64,000 bases of DNA from an uncultured Gammaproteobacteria bacterium (lineage in GTDB: Bacteria > Patescibacteriota > Patescibacteriia > Patescibacteriales > UBA12465). Below are positions 39,337 through 49,370 of the stretch, one piece after another (position 1 is the stretch's first letter; each line of letters opens with the position of its first letter). The position numbers and the translations under genes were made by a program. The notes beneath the pieces were generated by a model. The model was not told the DNA's origin. It saw only the letters and a list, made by a program, of their open reading frames with translations, and ran no database searches. Location of the stretch: the NCBI GenBank assembly GCA_964616855.1, contig CAZTUJ010000001.1, forward strand, positions 451,102-515,101. Reading direction: 5' to 3'.

Positions 39337-39882
39337 ATGGCCAAACAACTTTTAAACCAAGGACGGCGCTGGTATGTTCTTCACACCTATTCCGGCTACG
39401 AAGAAAATGTCGCCCAAAATTTGAAACAACGGGTAGAATCTTTGGACATGGAAGATAAAATTTTCAATATTCTCATTCCTACCGAAAAGAAGATTAAGAT
39501 TAAAAACGGCAAACGTAAGGTGGTAGAAGAAAAGATCTTCCCTGGCTACATCTTAGTGGAAATGGAAGTAACTGATGATTCCTGGTATGTCGTCCGCAAC
39601 ACTCCGAATGTGACCGGCTTTATTGGTACCGGCACCATCCCTACCCCCATCAGCGAAGCCGAGGTTAAATCCTTGCAGAAGCGCATGGGCGTGGAAGATC
39701 CTAAATTCACGATTGATGTTATTGTTGGCTCTCCGGTTAAAATCAACGAAGGCCCCTTCAAAAATATGGAAGGCAAAGTTACCAGTATTGATGAAGCTAA
39801 AGGTAAGGTCAAGGTTTCCGTTTCTATGTTCGGTCGGGAAACTCCGGTTGAGCTCGACTTCCTCCAAATCAAAAAATCCTAA
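39337..39882 (+). CDS. nusG: Transcription termination/antitermination factor NusG
   Basis: WYVLHTYSGYE...FPGYILVEM... KOW C-terminus. Confidence 0.9.
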   Translation: MAKQLLNQGRRWYVLHTYSGYEENVAQNLKQRVESLDMEDKIFNILIPTEKKIKIKNGKRKVVEEKIFPGYILVEMEVTDDSWYVVRNTPNVTGFIGTGTIPTPISEAEVKSLQKRMGVEDPKFTIDVIVGSPVKINEGPFKNMEGKVTSIDEAKGKVKVSVSMFGRETPVELDFLQIKKS

Positions 39883-39931
39883 TTATACCGCTTGACCGGT
39901 CGCTTCTACCGCCCAAGCCCAAAAAAATTAT

Positions 39932-40357
39932 ATGGCTAAGAAAATCAAAACTAAGATAAAATTACAAATTACCGGTGGCCAGGCCAATCCTGCGCCCCCC
40001 GTCGGTCCGGCTTTAGGCCAACATGGCTTAAACATTGCCGAATTCTGTCAGAAGTTTAACGAAGCCACCCGTGATAAGATGGGTGACGTCGTCCCGGTAG
40101 AAATTACCGTCTTCGAAGACCGCACCTATACCTTCATCCTCAAAACCCCGCCAGCTTCTGAATTGTTAAAGAAAGCCGCTGGTATCAAAAAGGGATCAGG
40201 CAAGCCTCGCTCCGACAAAGTCGGCAAAATTACCAAGGCACAGTTAGCAGAAATCGCTAAGGTAAAAATGCCCGACCTCAATGCCCGTGATTTAGATGCC
40301 GCGATGAATATTATTGCCGGTACTGCCCGTCAGATGGGCGTTGAAATCAAAGATTAA
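39932..40357 (+). CDS. rplK: 50S ribosomal protein L11
   Basis: [24 protein letters not shown]. Confidence 0.95.
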   Translation: MAKKIKTKIKLQITGGQANPAPPVGPALGQHGLNIAEFCQKFNEATRDKMGDVVPVEITVFEDRTYTFILKTPPASELLKKAAGIKKGSGKPRSDKVGKITKAQLAEIAKVKMPDLNARDLDAAMNIIAGTARQMGVEIKD

Positions 40358-40421
40358 TAATAATTGTGGGAGCTCGCCATGGCCTATGCCAATAACGAGC
40401 GCTATCTCACCACGAAAAAAT

Positions 40422-41141
40422 ATGTCTAAAAAAGATGAAAAAAAGACACCGGTAGCTCCGGTCGTCAAAAAAAAGACCGCTGACTTCTCCGCTATTTACG
40501 ATCGAAGCAAAGCCTACAGCTTTGAAGAAGCCATTACGATTGTTAAAAAGATTAATAAAGCTAAATTTGATCCGTCCGTAGAAGTTCACATCCGCTTAGG
40601 GGTGAATCCGAAAAAGAGCGACCAACAGGTCCGTGGTGCCGTCAGCCTGCCCCATGGTACTGGTAAAACGGTCCGCGTAGCTGCTTTTGTCTCTCCGAGC
40701 AACGAAGAGGCTTGTAAGGCTGCTGGCGCTGAATTCGTTGGTGGTGATGAATTGATTGCTGAAATCAAAAAGACTGAAAAAACTGACTTTGAAGTCGCTA
40801 TTGCCGAACCCTTAATGATGAAGAATTTAGCGGTGATCGCTAAAATCCTCGGCACCAGAGGTCTAATGCCCTCCCCTAAGAACGATACCGTCTCCCCGAA
40901 TCCGGCAAAAGCGGTTGAAGAGTTGAAAAAGGGTAAAATTAGCTTCAAAAACGATGATACTAGCAATTTACACACCGTTATTGGTAAATTAAGCTTTGAA
41001 GATAAGAAATTAGCGGAAAACTTCCAAACTTTAATCGATATTATCCGCAAAGTTAAACCGGCGGCAGCTAAAGGCTCATACATCAAAAATGTGGCCATCT
41101 GTTCTTCCATGAGCCCCAGCGTTAAAGTAAGTTTAAGCTAA
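40422..41141 (+). CDS. rplA: 50S ribosomal protein L1
   Basis: Start at MSKKDE; VSLPHGTGKTVRVAAF, GPRGLMPSPK-like motif. Confidence 0.9.
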   Translation: MSKKDEKKTPVAPVVKKKTADFSAIYDRSKAYSFEEAITIVKKINKAKFDPSVEVHIRLGVNPKKSDQQVRGAVSLPHGTGKTVRVAAFVSPSNEEACKAAGAEFVGGDELIAEIKKTEKTDFEVAIAEPLMMKNLAVIAKILGTRGLMPSPKNDTVSPNPAKAVEELKKGKISFKNDDTSNLHTVIGKLSFEDKKLAENFQTLIDIIRKVKPAAAKGSYIKNVAICSSMSPSVKVSLS

Positions 41142-41144
41142 TCC

Positions 41145-41173
41145 TTGACTTTTTTAAAAGAAAAGGTTAAACT
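41145..41173 (+). promoter_or_regulatory. Possible promoter for the RRM protein gene
   Basis: TTGACT-17 nt-TAAACT. Confidence 0.35.
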
Positions 41174-41197
41174 AAATAAGTAAGTTTTGTTAGAGAC

Positions 41198-41251
41198 ACG
41201 AGCGGCTAGTTCGTATTGCTTCAACCGAAACGATACGAACTAGCCGCTTGT
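41198..41251 (+). other. Perfect 16-bp (extendable to about 19-bp) hairpin in the rplA-RRM intergenic/leader region
   Basis: AGCGGCTAGTTCGTAT (41201..41216), 16-nt loop, ATACGAACTAGCCGCT (41233..41248); no clean U-tract. Confidence 0.5.
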
Positions 41252-41343
41252 AGTTTGTAGGCAACAAAGGTCGCCTTACAAGTTTTGTAAACACACGTAA
41301 TCCCGTGATTCCGCTAAGGCGGTGTCGCAGGATAAGTAAACAC

Positions 41344-41601
41344 ATGAAAAAGTTATTTGTCGGCGGTTTGTCTTTCCAGACAACCGAAGATGTGTTAGCG
41401 GACGCTTTTGCCAAAGCTGGCACTGTCACTTCCGCTGTCATCATCAAGGACCGCATGACTCAGCGCTCTAAGGGCTTCGGCTTCGTAGAGATGGATACTG
41501 AGGAAGAGGCGCAAGCCGCGATTGCTATGTGGAACGGCCAGGAATTAGATGGTCGCCGCGTTGCTGTCAATGAAGCTCGCCCCTTAGAAAAGCGCTTCTA
41601 A
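41344..41601 (+). CDS. RRM-type RNA-binding protein (86 aa)
   Basis: RNP-2 LFVGGL, RNP-1 KGFGFVEM. Confidence 0.8.
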   Translation: MKKLFVGGLSFQTTEDVLADAFAKAGTVTSAVIIKDRMTQRSKGFGFVEMDTEEEAQAAIAMWNGQELDGRRVAVNEARPLEKRF

Positions 41602-41635
41602 GCTAAATCAACATCAGTTTGAAAATAGCTGGAAA

Positions 41636-41672
41636 CAAAAACTCCCCCGTAGCAATACGGGGGAGTTTTTAG
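41636..41672. terminator. Bidirectional rho-independent terminator
   Basis: AAAAA-ACTCCCCCGT-agcaat-ACGGGGGAGT-TTTTT. Confidence 0.7.
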
Positions 41673-41683
41673 TATAATAAATT

Positions 41684-42109
41684 TTATTTCTTTTTTAAGA
41701 TGGGTTGGCTTTTTACTTTAGAAACAAGCGATACTGGGTGTTCTTTTTCATAAGTCTTTAAAACCTTCTGCAGACCTTCGACGGCTAGTATGGAACAATG
41801 CACTTTCTGCGGCGGTAAGCCACCGAGTTCTTTGACAACCTGCTGCCAGCCAAACTTTTTCGCTTGGGCGACTGTAAGACCTTTCACTTTTTCCGTTAAA
41901 ATTGAGGCGGTAGCAATATTGGAAGCACAACCGAAAGAAAGAAATTTAATATCCTTAATCTTCCCACCGGCAATTTTAATACTGAAAGATAATTGGTCGC
42001 CACAAACCATATTCCCGACCTCTGCTACGGCGTCTGGATTTTTGATAGCGCCAATATTCTTCGGTTTAAGGAAAGCGTTGATTGTTTTCTTAGTATAATT
42101 TAAGGACAT
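41684..42109 (-). CDS. nifU: Fe-S cluster scaffold NifU/IscU-like
   Basis: NMVCGD, FGCASNIATAS, PPQKVHCSILA. Confidence 0.85.
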   Translation of the reverse strand: MSLNYTKKTINAFLKPKNIGAIKNPDAVAEVGNMVCGDQLSFSIKIAGGKIKDIKFLSFGCASNIATASILTEKVKGLTVAQAKKFGWQQVVKELGGLPPQKVHCSILAVEGLQKVLKTYEKEHPVSLVSKVKSQPILKKK

Positions 42110-42119
42110 AGATAAAAAA

Positions 42120-43271
42120 TTATTTTACTGGAGAGAAAGCACGTAGGCGCTTAACCGTCTTTTTTAAAGCGGCTACAGTAATATCAATTTCTTTTTTAGT
42201 ATTATAGCGCCCCAAAGAAAAACGGATATTACTATTTAAATCATAGTCCGCCAAACCAATAGCGGAAAGAACATAGGAACTTTTTAAATTATGAGCACTG
42301 CAAGCCGAACCGGTGGAAACATAGATTCCCTGAGTAGAAAGATCCATTAGAATCGCTTCCCCTTCAATCTTGCCGAAACGGATATTTAAATTATTTTCAC
42401 TTCTCTTCTTTAGAGTACCATTAAGCCTGAGATCGGGAATTTCCTTCTGTAAACGCTGCCAAAAATAATCTCGCAACTTTTTCACTTTAGGTAAATAAGC
42501 GACCCGTTCCCGATAGGCGATTTTCAAAGCTTCCGCCAAACCAATAATACCGGGGAGATTATAGGTGCCGGCGCGCCAGCCATTTTCCTGCTCCCCACCA
42601 CTGATTAAAGGCTCAATCTTTATTCCCGGACGAACATAGGCTAAACCCACCCCCTTGGGGCCATAGAACTTATGGGCCGACAAGCTCGCTAAATCAATCC
42701 CTATTTTTTCTAAATCAATTTTTAAATAAGGAATGGCCTGAACAATATCACTATGGAAATAAGCCCCAGCCACATGTACTAATTTAGCGATGGCTTTCAA
42801 GTCTTGAACACTGCCGATTTCGTTATTAACGGCCATCACGGAAACTAACACCGTATCGCTACGCATCATTTTCTTTAAAGCCAATAAATCAAGCTGACCA
42901 TCGGCCTTTACTGGAACGAAACCAACTTCATAGCCCTCTTTTTGCAAAGACCGGGCGGTTTGGTAAACGCTCGGGTGTTCAATCGCGGAAACTAGAATAT
43001 GCCTACCTTTACTTTGATTAGCCTGCATTATTCCCCGCAGAATAAAATTGTTTGATTCACTGGCGCCACTAGTAAAAATAAGGCCAGCCGCTTCGCCGCC
43101 TAAGATTTTGGCAACTTGCCGACGTGCTTGCTCAAGAACTAGATTATTCTTCTGACCAAGGCTATGAATTGAAGAGGCGTTGCCGTAATTATCAGAAAGA
43201 TAGGGCAACATTAATTTCAAAACACGCGAATCCAGCTTGGTGGTAGCGGCATTATCAAGATAAATGGGCAT
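42120..43271 (-). CDS. nifS: Cysteine desulfurase NifS/IscS
   Basis: MPIYLDNAATT, SLSAHKFYGPKG, active-site SGSACS. Confidence 0.9.
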   Translation of the reverse strand: MPIYLDNAATTKLDSRVLKLMLPYLSDNYGNASSIHSLGQKNNLVLEQARRQVAKILGGEAAGLIFTSGASESNNFILRGIMQANQSKGRHILVSAIEHPSVYQTARSLQKEGYEVGFVPVKADGQLDLLALKKMMRSDTVLVSVMAVNNEIGSVQDLKAIAKLVHVAGAYFHSDIVQAIPYLKIDLEKIGIDLASLSAHKFYGPKGVGLAYVRPGIKIEPLISGGEQENGWRAGTYNLPGIIGLAEALKIAYRERVAYLPKVKKLRDYFWQRLQKEIPDLRLNGTLKKRSENNLNIRFGKIEGEAILMDLSTQGIYVSTGSACSAHNLKSSYVLSAIGLADYDLNSNIRFSLGRYNTKKEIDITVAALKKTVKRLRAFSPVK

Positions 43272-43339
43272 AAGATAGGATTATTAATTACCTTTATTAT
43301 AAAACAAAAAGAGCTTTTATCCAAATCAAGCCATTTAAA

Positions 43340-43378
43340 AAACCGGACGCCCCTCAACGAGAATCCGGTTTTTAATTG
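43340..43378 (-). terminator. Weak terminator downstream of the PPIase gene
   Basis: AACCGGA-16 nt loop-TCCGGTT followed by TTTTTT on the minus strand. Confidence 0.4.
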
Positions 43379-43393
43379 TCAAATATTCAATAA

Positions 43394-44173
43394 CTATTTC
43401 AATAATTCAATGCTTAAAATCACCATGTCTTCGGTGGGATGATCATTAGCGTTAACAGCCGTTGCTTCAATCTTAGTCACAATATCCATACCTTCAACCA
43501 CCTGGCCGAAATTAGTATGAGCACCATCTAACCAAGGAGTAGCGGCAGCAGTCACGATGAAGAATTGGGAACCATTGGTACCAGGACCGCCGTTAGCCAT
43601 CGCTAAAGCGCCTTTAACCAGCTTATAGGAGTTAAATTCATCTTTGAAGGTGTAGCCAGGACCACCAAAGCCGTCGTTTGACCAATCATCATCCTTGCTA
43701 TTAGGATCACCACCTTGGATCATAAAATCTTTAATCACGCGGTGAAATTTGCTGTTATTATAAAAACCAGCCTGAGCTAAATTCAAGAAATTATTAACGG
43801 TCACCGGAGATTCTTCGTTATAGAATTTCACCTTTATATCTCCTTGATTAGTTTTAATTAAAGCACCAGTGTATTGAGAAACTAAGTCAATCTGCTTATC
43901 AGGTGCTACCACTGTGGCGACAGTTGCCTTGTTTTCAGAAGAAGCAGCGACATCAGCGCCAGCTCCTGGATTCTTCTCGGCTGAGAACTCTCCTAAATCA
44001 AGCTTCTTTTCCGCGGAAGCCGCCGCTTGACCGCTTGGGGCCGCACCAGTGGCGGCAGTTTCTTCAGTATTCATATTATCGTTAACATTAGCAGTCTCAG
44101 TGCCACAAGCGGAAAGCGTCAATACGAGTAACGCTAAGCCGAGCAAGGAGAAAGATTTATAAATTTTTTTCAT
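43394..44173 (-). CDS. ppiB: Cyclophilin-type peptidyl-prolyl isomerase, lipoprotein with low-complexity linker
   Basis: Lipobox LTLSAC; FHRVIKDFMIQGGDP, MANGGPGTNGSQFFI. Confidence 0.9.
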   Translation of the reverse strand: MKKIYKSFSLLGLALLVLTLSACGTETANVNDNMNTEETAATGAAPSGQAAASAEKKLDLGEFSAEKNPGAGADVAASSENKATVATVVAPDKQIDLVSQYTGALIKTNQGDIKVKFYNEESPVTVNNFLNLAQAGFYNNSKFHRVIKDFMIQGGDPNSKDDDWSNDGFGGPGYTFKDEFNSYKLVKGALAMANGGPGTNGSQFFIVTAAATPWLDGAHTNFGQVVEGMDIVTKIEATAVNANDHPTEDMVILSIELLK

Positions 44174-44221
44174 AATATTATAGATTTAGGCCAGCCGATA
44201 GCGGCTAGGCAAATAATAAAA

Positions 44222-45688
44222 TTATACTTTAAAGCGTCGTTGCATGTCTTGGTCTTCATCATCCCGCTTTTCTTCAATTAAGAGACGGGCCTGTGTACGT
44301 AAATCTTCCAGATTTTCTAACTGCAATAAGCGTGCTCGCTCTAACAGATAGGTGTGTTCATTCCTTTCTGGTTCTTCTAAAACTTCACCTAATAAAACGT
44401 CTAAAATAGCACCAATTTTAGGACCAGGGTCTAAAGCAAGCTCGGCAATTAAGTCATGGCCGTTAAGAGCTAGCATTTTTACTGATACTGGGTCATGCTG
44501 AACTTTTTCCATCATGTACTGCAAATGCCGCAATTTATAGGGCATGCCTTTGGGCGTACCCGAGCCCAGACGATCGGCGACGCGCAAATGAATCAAATCC
44601 TGCAAATTATCACGGCCGACTTTACTAATTAAGCGCCGTACGGAAGCGGCCGTTACCTCGCCGACATTATAGTAGAACATGTGATTACGCACCAAGTTAA
44701 CCACCCGCTCCCGATCTTCATTCTTAAATTTAAGACGAGTCATAATGCGGTCAACCATTTTGGCGCCAACATATTCATGATTATAGAAAGTAACTTGGCC
44801 GTCGAGCAAGCGCCGAGTTTTAGGCTTAGCCACGTCATGCAATAAAGAAGCAAAACGAACTTGCCATTCCGGACTAGGACAATACTGTAAGGATAACACG
44901 TTATGCTTAAAAACCTGATAAATATGATGATGATTCTGACGCACCCCCACTCCCTGCTCTAATTCGGGAAGAAGATACTGCAGGAGCTTAGCTTCGTGCA
45001 AGGCCATAATCCCTTCAGCCGGGCGACTAGAACCTAGAATTTTAATCAATTCATCTCGGACCCTCTCTTTGGCCACAAATTTAAGGCTTCCCGCTAACTT
45101 AACTATTCCCCGCTGAGTTTTCGGCTCTAAAGAAAAACCAAGTTGAGCAGAGAAACGAATCGCCCGCATCATGCGCAAGGCATCCTCTTTAAAACGATCA
45201 GCCGGTTCGCCCACGGCACGAATTACTTTTTTACGGATATCTTTAACGCCGCCGAAAAGATCGACTAAAGCAAATTTTTCTTTACCCCAAGAATAGGCAC
45301 CGTCAGGACTCAACATTAACGCCATGGCGTTAACGGTAAAGTCACGACGCTCTAAATCTTTATCAAGTTGATCTTCAAACTTTACCTCATCGGGATGACG
45401 GGAGTCAGCATAGCCTTTTTCACTACGATAGGTCGTAACTTCAGCCACCGTCAATACCTCACCTTCAGAATTCCGGCAAGGAATTAACACCGTACCAAAA
45501 TCATTTTCATATTTTGCCACCGCAAATAAAGCTAAAATCTGCTCCGGCCGGGCGTTAGTAGTCAAATCCCAATCCTGTGGTTGTTTCTCCATCAAAAGAT
45601 CGCGGACACAACCGCCCACTAATTCCCCGCTAAAGCCAGCGGCAGTAATTTTCTTTAAAATCTGAAGAATGTATTCGGGAATATTCAT
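44222..45688 (-). CDS. cca: CCA-adding enzyme (tRNA nucleotidyltransferase) with HD domain
   Basis: GGCVRDLLM..DWDLTT; HD region HHIYQV..HD. Confidence 0.85.
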   Translation of the reverse strand: MNIPEYILQILKKITAAGFSGELVGGCVRDLLMEKQPQDWDLTTNARPEQILALFAVAKYENDFGTVLIPCRNSEGEVLTVAEVTTYRSEKGYADSRHPDEVKFEDQLDKDLERRDFTVNAMALMLSPDGAYSWGKEKFALVDLFGGVKDIRKKVIRAVGEPADRFKEDALRMMRAIRFSAQLGFSLEPKTQRGIVKLAGSLKFVAKERVRDELIKILGSSRPAEGIMALHEAKLLQYLLPELEQGVGVRQNHHHIYQVFKHNVLSLQYCPSPEWQVRFASLLHDVAKPKTRRLLDGQVTFYNHEYVGAKMVDRIMTRLKFKNEDRERVVNLVRNHMFYYNVGEVTAASVRRLISKVGRDNLQDLIHLRVADRLGSGTPKGMPYKLRHLQYMMEKVQHDPVSVKMLALNGHDLIAELALDPGPKIGAILDVLLGEVLEEPERNEHTYLLERARLLQLENLEDLRTQARLLIEEKRDDEDQDMQRRFKV

Positions 45689-45702
45689 TACAAAAAATAA
45701 TT

Positions 45703-46461
45703 TTAAGCCTTCTTCTTGGCGTCTAAATCTTTATAAAGTAAATAAGAGAAAACTAAAAAGAAGGGACTAACTAAGGCCCAAAAAACATTGGTCACGGCCG
45801 AAAATACTTGCTGACCACGATCATCAAGAAAGGATAAAGGAATACTTAACACAACGGAAATAAATAAAGCCAGAACACCGACAAAGAAAAAACGCCCAAA
45901 CACTGGCCACCAATAGCCTTTAACTAATTCTTTACTCCGCTTAATCGCCTCACCAACACCTTTTTTATCTTCTAAAACTACTAACATTGTTACAAAGGCC
46001 CAAGAAACTGCCAAAATAATACCAGGAATGATTAAAAGTAAGGTAGCTAGAAAAATCAAAATAGAGGTTACAATTGATATCCCTAAATAAGACCAGAAAA
46101 AATTCTTACTTTTGTTGAAGTGTTCTTTAACGCTCACCCCCTCTGTCTGCAAGATAAGAATTGATCCGATTTTGGCCCGAACGCCATAATAAATCGACCA
46201 CAAAATAGCAGCAACCCCTAAAATCCCAATCAAGACATAAAGACCAAATTGATCAAGATTCAACCACAGAAAAAGAACGGCCGCTAAAATGCCCACAGCT
46301 AATAAAGGTAAAAGACCAATTAAGCCCCGCAGATACATTTCCAAAAAATTAATAAAATTACGCTTATAGCTCTTCCAAGAAGCGGAGAGCAAAGCATCGA
46401 AACTAATTAACTCCGGTTTAGCCACCACGACTGGCACCGGAACGTTGTTATTTTCGTTCAT
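45703..46461 (-). CDS. Polytopic membrane protein, unknown function
   Basis: Six hydrophobic segments, no motif recognised. Confidence 0.4.
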   Translation of the reverse strand: MNENNNVPVPVVVAKPELISFDALLSASWKSYKRNFINFLEMYLRGLIGLLPLLAVGILAAVLFLWLNLDQFGLYVLIGILGVAAILWSIYYGVRAKIGSILILQTEGVSVKEHFNKSKNFFWSYLGISIVTSILIFLATLLLIIPGIILAVSWAFVTMLVVLEDKKGVGEAIKRSKELVKGYWWPVFGRFFFVGVLALFISVVLSIPLSFLDDRGQQVFSAVTNVFWALVSPFFLVFSYLLYKDLDAKKKA

Positions 46462-46503
46462 AAAGATGAGATAGCGATTAATAATAACCGCTCTTTATTA
46501 AAA

Positions 46504-47514
46504 TTATCTAATAAACTTACGCAAACGTGAAGCCAAATCAACTAAACGCTGAGAATAACCCCATTCGTTGTCATACCAAGCGATTACTTTCAATAAATCG
46601 CCGCCCACTACCTTGGTATTCTTTAAATCGATAATAGTGCTATGGGGATTACCAATAATATCCGTGGAAACTAATTCTTCCGAAGAAGCCTCCAAAATTC
46701 CCTGCAATTTTGTTTTAGCGGCGGTAACAAAAGCTTGATTAACTTTTTCCGCACTCACTTTTTTATTTAAGACACAAACAATATCGCACAACGAGGCGAC
46801 CGGAGTGGGTACCCGCACCGCCAAGCCATCAAATTTATTCTTTAAAGAGGGGATGGTCTCAGAGACAGCTAAAGCAGCGCCGGTAGTAGTGGGGACAATA
46901 TTTAAAGCAGCGGCCCGGGCACGGCGTAAATCTTTATGGGGACCGTCAACTAAGTTTTGATCAGCGGTATAGGAATGGATAGTGGTCATCAAGGCTTTTT
47001 TGACGCCAAATTTAGCTTTGAGCACGGCCATTGCTGGCGCTAAACAATTAGTGGTGCAGGAGGCGTTAGAAATAATGTGATCGCTAGCTTTAAGCTGTTG
47101 TTCGTTAACGCCTAAAACAATAGTCTTAACTCCACCTTTCTTGGCCGGAGCGGAAATAATAACTTTCTTAGCACCCGCTTTCAAATGAAGCCCAGCACTC
47201 TCTTTATCGCAGAAACGACCAGTACACTCCAGGACTACGTCGACTTGTAATTTCTTCCAAGGCAACAAAGAAGGGTCTTTTTCCGCAAACACGGCGTAAC
47301 GCTTACCGCTAACCACTAAACCTTTTTTATCACCGCTTACCGGTCGACCGTAACGGCCATAACAAGAATCATATTTCAGTAAATGGGCTAAAGTTTCGTT
47401 ATCAGTTAAATCATTAATTGCCACCACTTTTAACTCCGGGTGCTGATCTAAGATAATTTTGAAAGCGGCGCGGCCGATACGACCGAAACCGTTGATAGCA
47501 ACATGCAAAGGCAT
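46504..47514 (-). CDS. gap: Glyceraldehyde-3-phosphate dehydrogenase
   Basis: INGFGRIGR, SCTTNCLAP. Confidence 0.95.
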   Translation of the reverse strand: MPLHVAINGFGRIGRAAFKIILDQHPELKVVAINDLTDNETLAHLLKYDSCYGRYGRPVSGDKKGLVVSGKRYAVFAEKDPSLLPWKKLQVDVVLECTGRFCDKESAGLHLKAGAKKVIISAPAKKGGVKTIVLGVNEQQLKASDHIISNASCTTNCLAPAMAVLKAKFGVKKALMTTIHSYTADQNLVDGPHKDLRRARAAALNIVPTTTGAALAVSETIPSLKNKFDGLAVRVPTPVASLCDIVCVLNKKVSAEKVNQAFVTAAKTKLQGILEASSEELVSTDIIGNPHSTIIDLKNTKVVGGDLLKVIAWYDNEWGYSQRLVDLASRLRKFIR

Positions 47515-47572
47515 ACATTTTTAAAATTAATTAAATAAGCTAATAATTTAATTATAGCATATTTTTGGCGCT

Positions 47573-47593
47573 AAAAAAGCCCCTAGAGGGGGC
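47573..47593 (-). terminator. Terminator downstream of the ricT-like gene
   Basis: GCCCC-tagag-GGGGC with T-tract on the minus strand. Confidence 0.5.
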
Positions 47594-47606
47594 TTCCCGC
47601 TGATAC

Positions 47607-48461
47607 TTAGCGGCGGCGACTAAAACGGCGCGGTTTTTCTGTTTGGGGGCGCTCCTTCTTTTCTGCTTGTTTTTTAGGGTCAACCTGAATAATTAAATCA
47701 CGTTCGCCTTCATGCTCAGCCGGAAAACGCACATCAACTGTCTGTTTTAAAAGATGATGGCCCACGACTGTACCAATTCTATTTTCTACTTTTATCTTCG
47801 TACCCAAAGGTGGTAATTCCGTAGCAAGATGTTTATAGCCCTCATATTCAAAGCTGAGACAACACATCAGACGTCCACACATTCCGGAAATACGGTCACT
47901 GCCCCGATGAACAACTTGCTGAGCCTCGGCCATTTCTGAAGTAATCGAGGAAAAATCATGAACAAAGCTGCGGCAACATAAGCCTAAACCACAGGGGCCA
48001 CAATCGCCACTACAGCGAGCTTCATCACGTGAACCAATCTGTAAAAGGCGGATATTGAGATTAAAAACACCATTAAGTTCTTTCACTAAATCCCGAAAAT
48101 CAATGCGACCATCCGCCACAAAAGCAAAGGTCAAACGACCACCGGCAAAAGCAAAACGGACATCAATCAGCTTCATCTGTAGATTATGGCGTTCAATTAA
48201 GGCCTGACAGGTATTTAAGGCGTGACGGCGGCGTTCCTCATCATAGACGACCTTGGCGTCATCGGTGGTCGCTAATCTGATTACTGCCTTTAATTCCTGA
48301 TCAGCGGGGGCGGAATCGCTGAAAGCAATAATCTTGCCTAATTCCCTACCTAACTCGGTATCAACAATGACAAAATCACCAACCGTAGCGCCTACTTCTT
48401 CGGCTAAAGAAAAGCTGTAGGTTTTATCCCAGGGAGAAAATTGTACTTGGACTATTTTCAT
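47607..48461 (-). CDS. ricT: PSP1 C-terminal domain protein (RicT/YaaT-like)
   Basis: IVQVQF..KTYSF start; Cys-rich CSGDCGPCGLGLCCRS...GMCGRLMCCLSFEY. Confidence 0.7.
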   Translation of the reverse strand: MKIVQVQFSPWDKTYSFSLAEEVGATVGDFVIVDTELGRELGKIIAFSDSAPADQELKAVIRLATTDDAKVVYDEERRRHALNTCQALIERHNLQMKLIDVRFAFAGGRLTFAFVADGRIDFRDLVKELNGVFNLNIRLLQIGSRDEARCSGDCGPCGLGLCCRSFVHDFSSITSEMAEAQQVVHRGSDRISGMCGRLMCCLSFEYEGYKHLATELPPLGTKIKVENRIGTVVGHHLLKQTVDVRFPAEHEGERDLIIQVDPKKQAEKKERPQTEKPRRFSRRR

Positions 48462-48528
48462 AAAAAAGGCAAAGCCGCGTCAAACTGCAAAAAAGGCAGA
48501 TGCGCGGCTTAACCGATAACAAAATCAA

Positions 48529-49323
48529 TTAGAGAGCAAAGCGCAAGAAGCCGAGAATCTTGGCACCGCCAAGAATATCCTTAACTTTTTTCTTGTCGTC
48601 TTTGATAAATTCCTGTTCTAAGAGACAGACTTCGCTATAATACTTTAACATCTTGCCATCTAAAATCTTTTCTACCATTGCTTCCGGTTTACCTTCTTTC
48701 AAAAGCTGTTCACGATAGATTTCTCTTTCTTTGGCCATCTCTTCAGCAACGACTTCTGACGGATCTAAATATTTAGGATTGGCGGCAGCCACCTGCATAG
48801 CAATTTCGGCAGCTAATTCCGTCTGCCCAGACTGGTCTAAAGAAACTAAAACGCCCAACTTGCTACCTAAATGGGAATAGGCGGCTAAAGAAGAACCCTG
48901 TAAACGACCATAGCGACGGATTTCCATCTTTTCACCAATGGTACCGCTTAAGCTTGCCAGATTCTCCTGAACGCTGCCCTGAGCCATGCTTAGGGATAAC
49001 AAGGCCTCCAGGGTCTCGGGGCGAGCAGATAAAACTAAGGCCATCACCTCGTTAGCAAAATTCTGAAACTTTTCGTTACGAGAAACAAAATCGGTTTCTG
49101 AAGTTAATTCAAAGATATAGGCTTCAGTGCCGTCAGCACTAACTGCCACCTTAACCACGCCCTCATTGGTTTCGCGGTCGGTACGTTTAGCAGCCTTGGC
49201 AATGCCTTTTTTGCGCAAAATTTCTACCGCTAATTGCAAATCATTATTAGCCTCATCTAAGGCTTTTTTACAATCGACCATGCCCGCGCCGGTCATTTCT
49301 CTTAATTGCTTAATTAATTCCAT
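48529..49323 (-). CDS. tsf: Elongation factor Ts
   Basis: LREMTGAGMVDCKKAL...LRKKG. Confidence 0.9.
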   Translation of the reverse strand: MELIKQLREMTGAGMVDCKKALDEANNDLQLAVEILRKKGIAKAAKRTDRETNEGVVKVAVSADGTEAYIFELTSETDFVSRNEKFQNFANEVMALVLSARPETLEALLSLSMAQGSVQENLASLSGTIGEKMEIRRYGRLQGSSLAAYSHLGSKLGVLVSLDQSGQTELAAEIAMQVAAANPKYLDPSEVVAEEMAKEREIYREQLLKEGKPEAMVEKILDGKMLKYYSEVCLLEQEFIKDDKKKVKDILGGAKILGFLRFAL

Positions 49324-49370
49324 ATTGATTTATACTGGCGGGAAACTAATTCCTCCTTCCCGCTAGCAAT

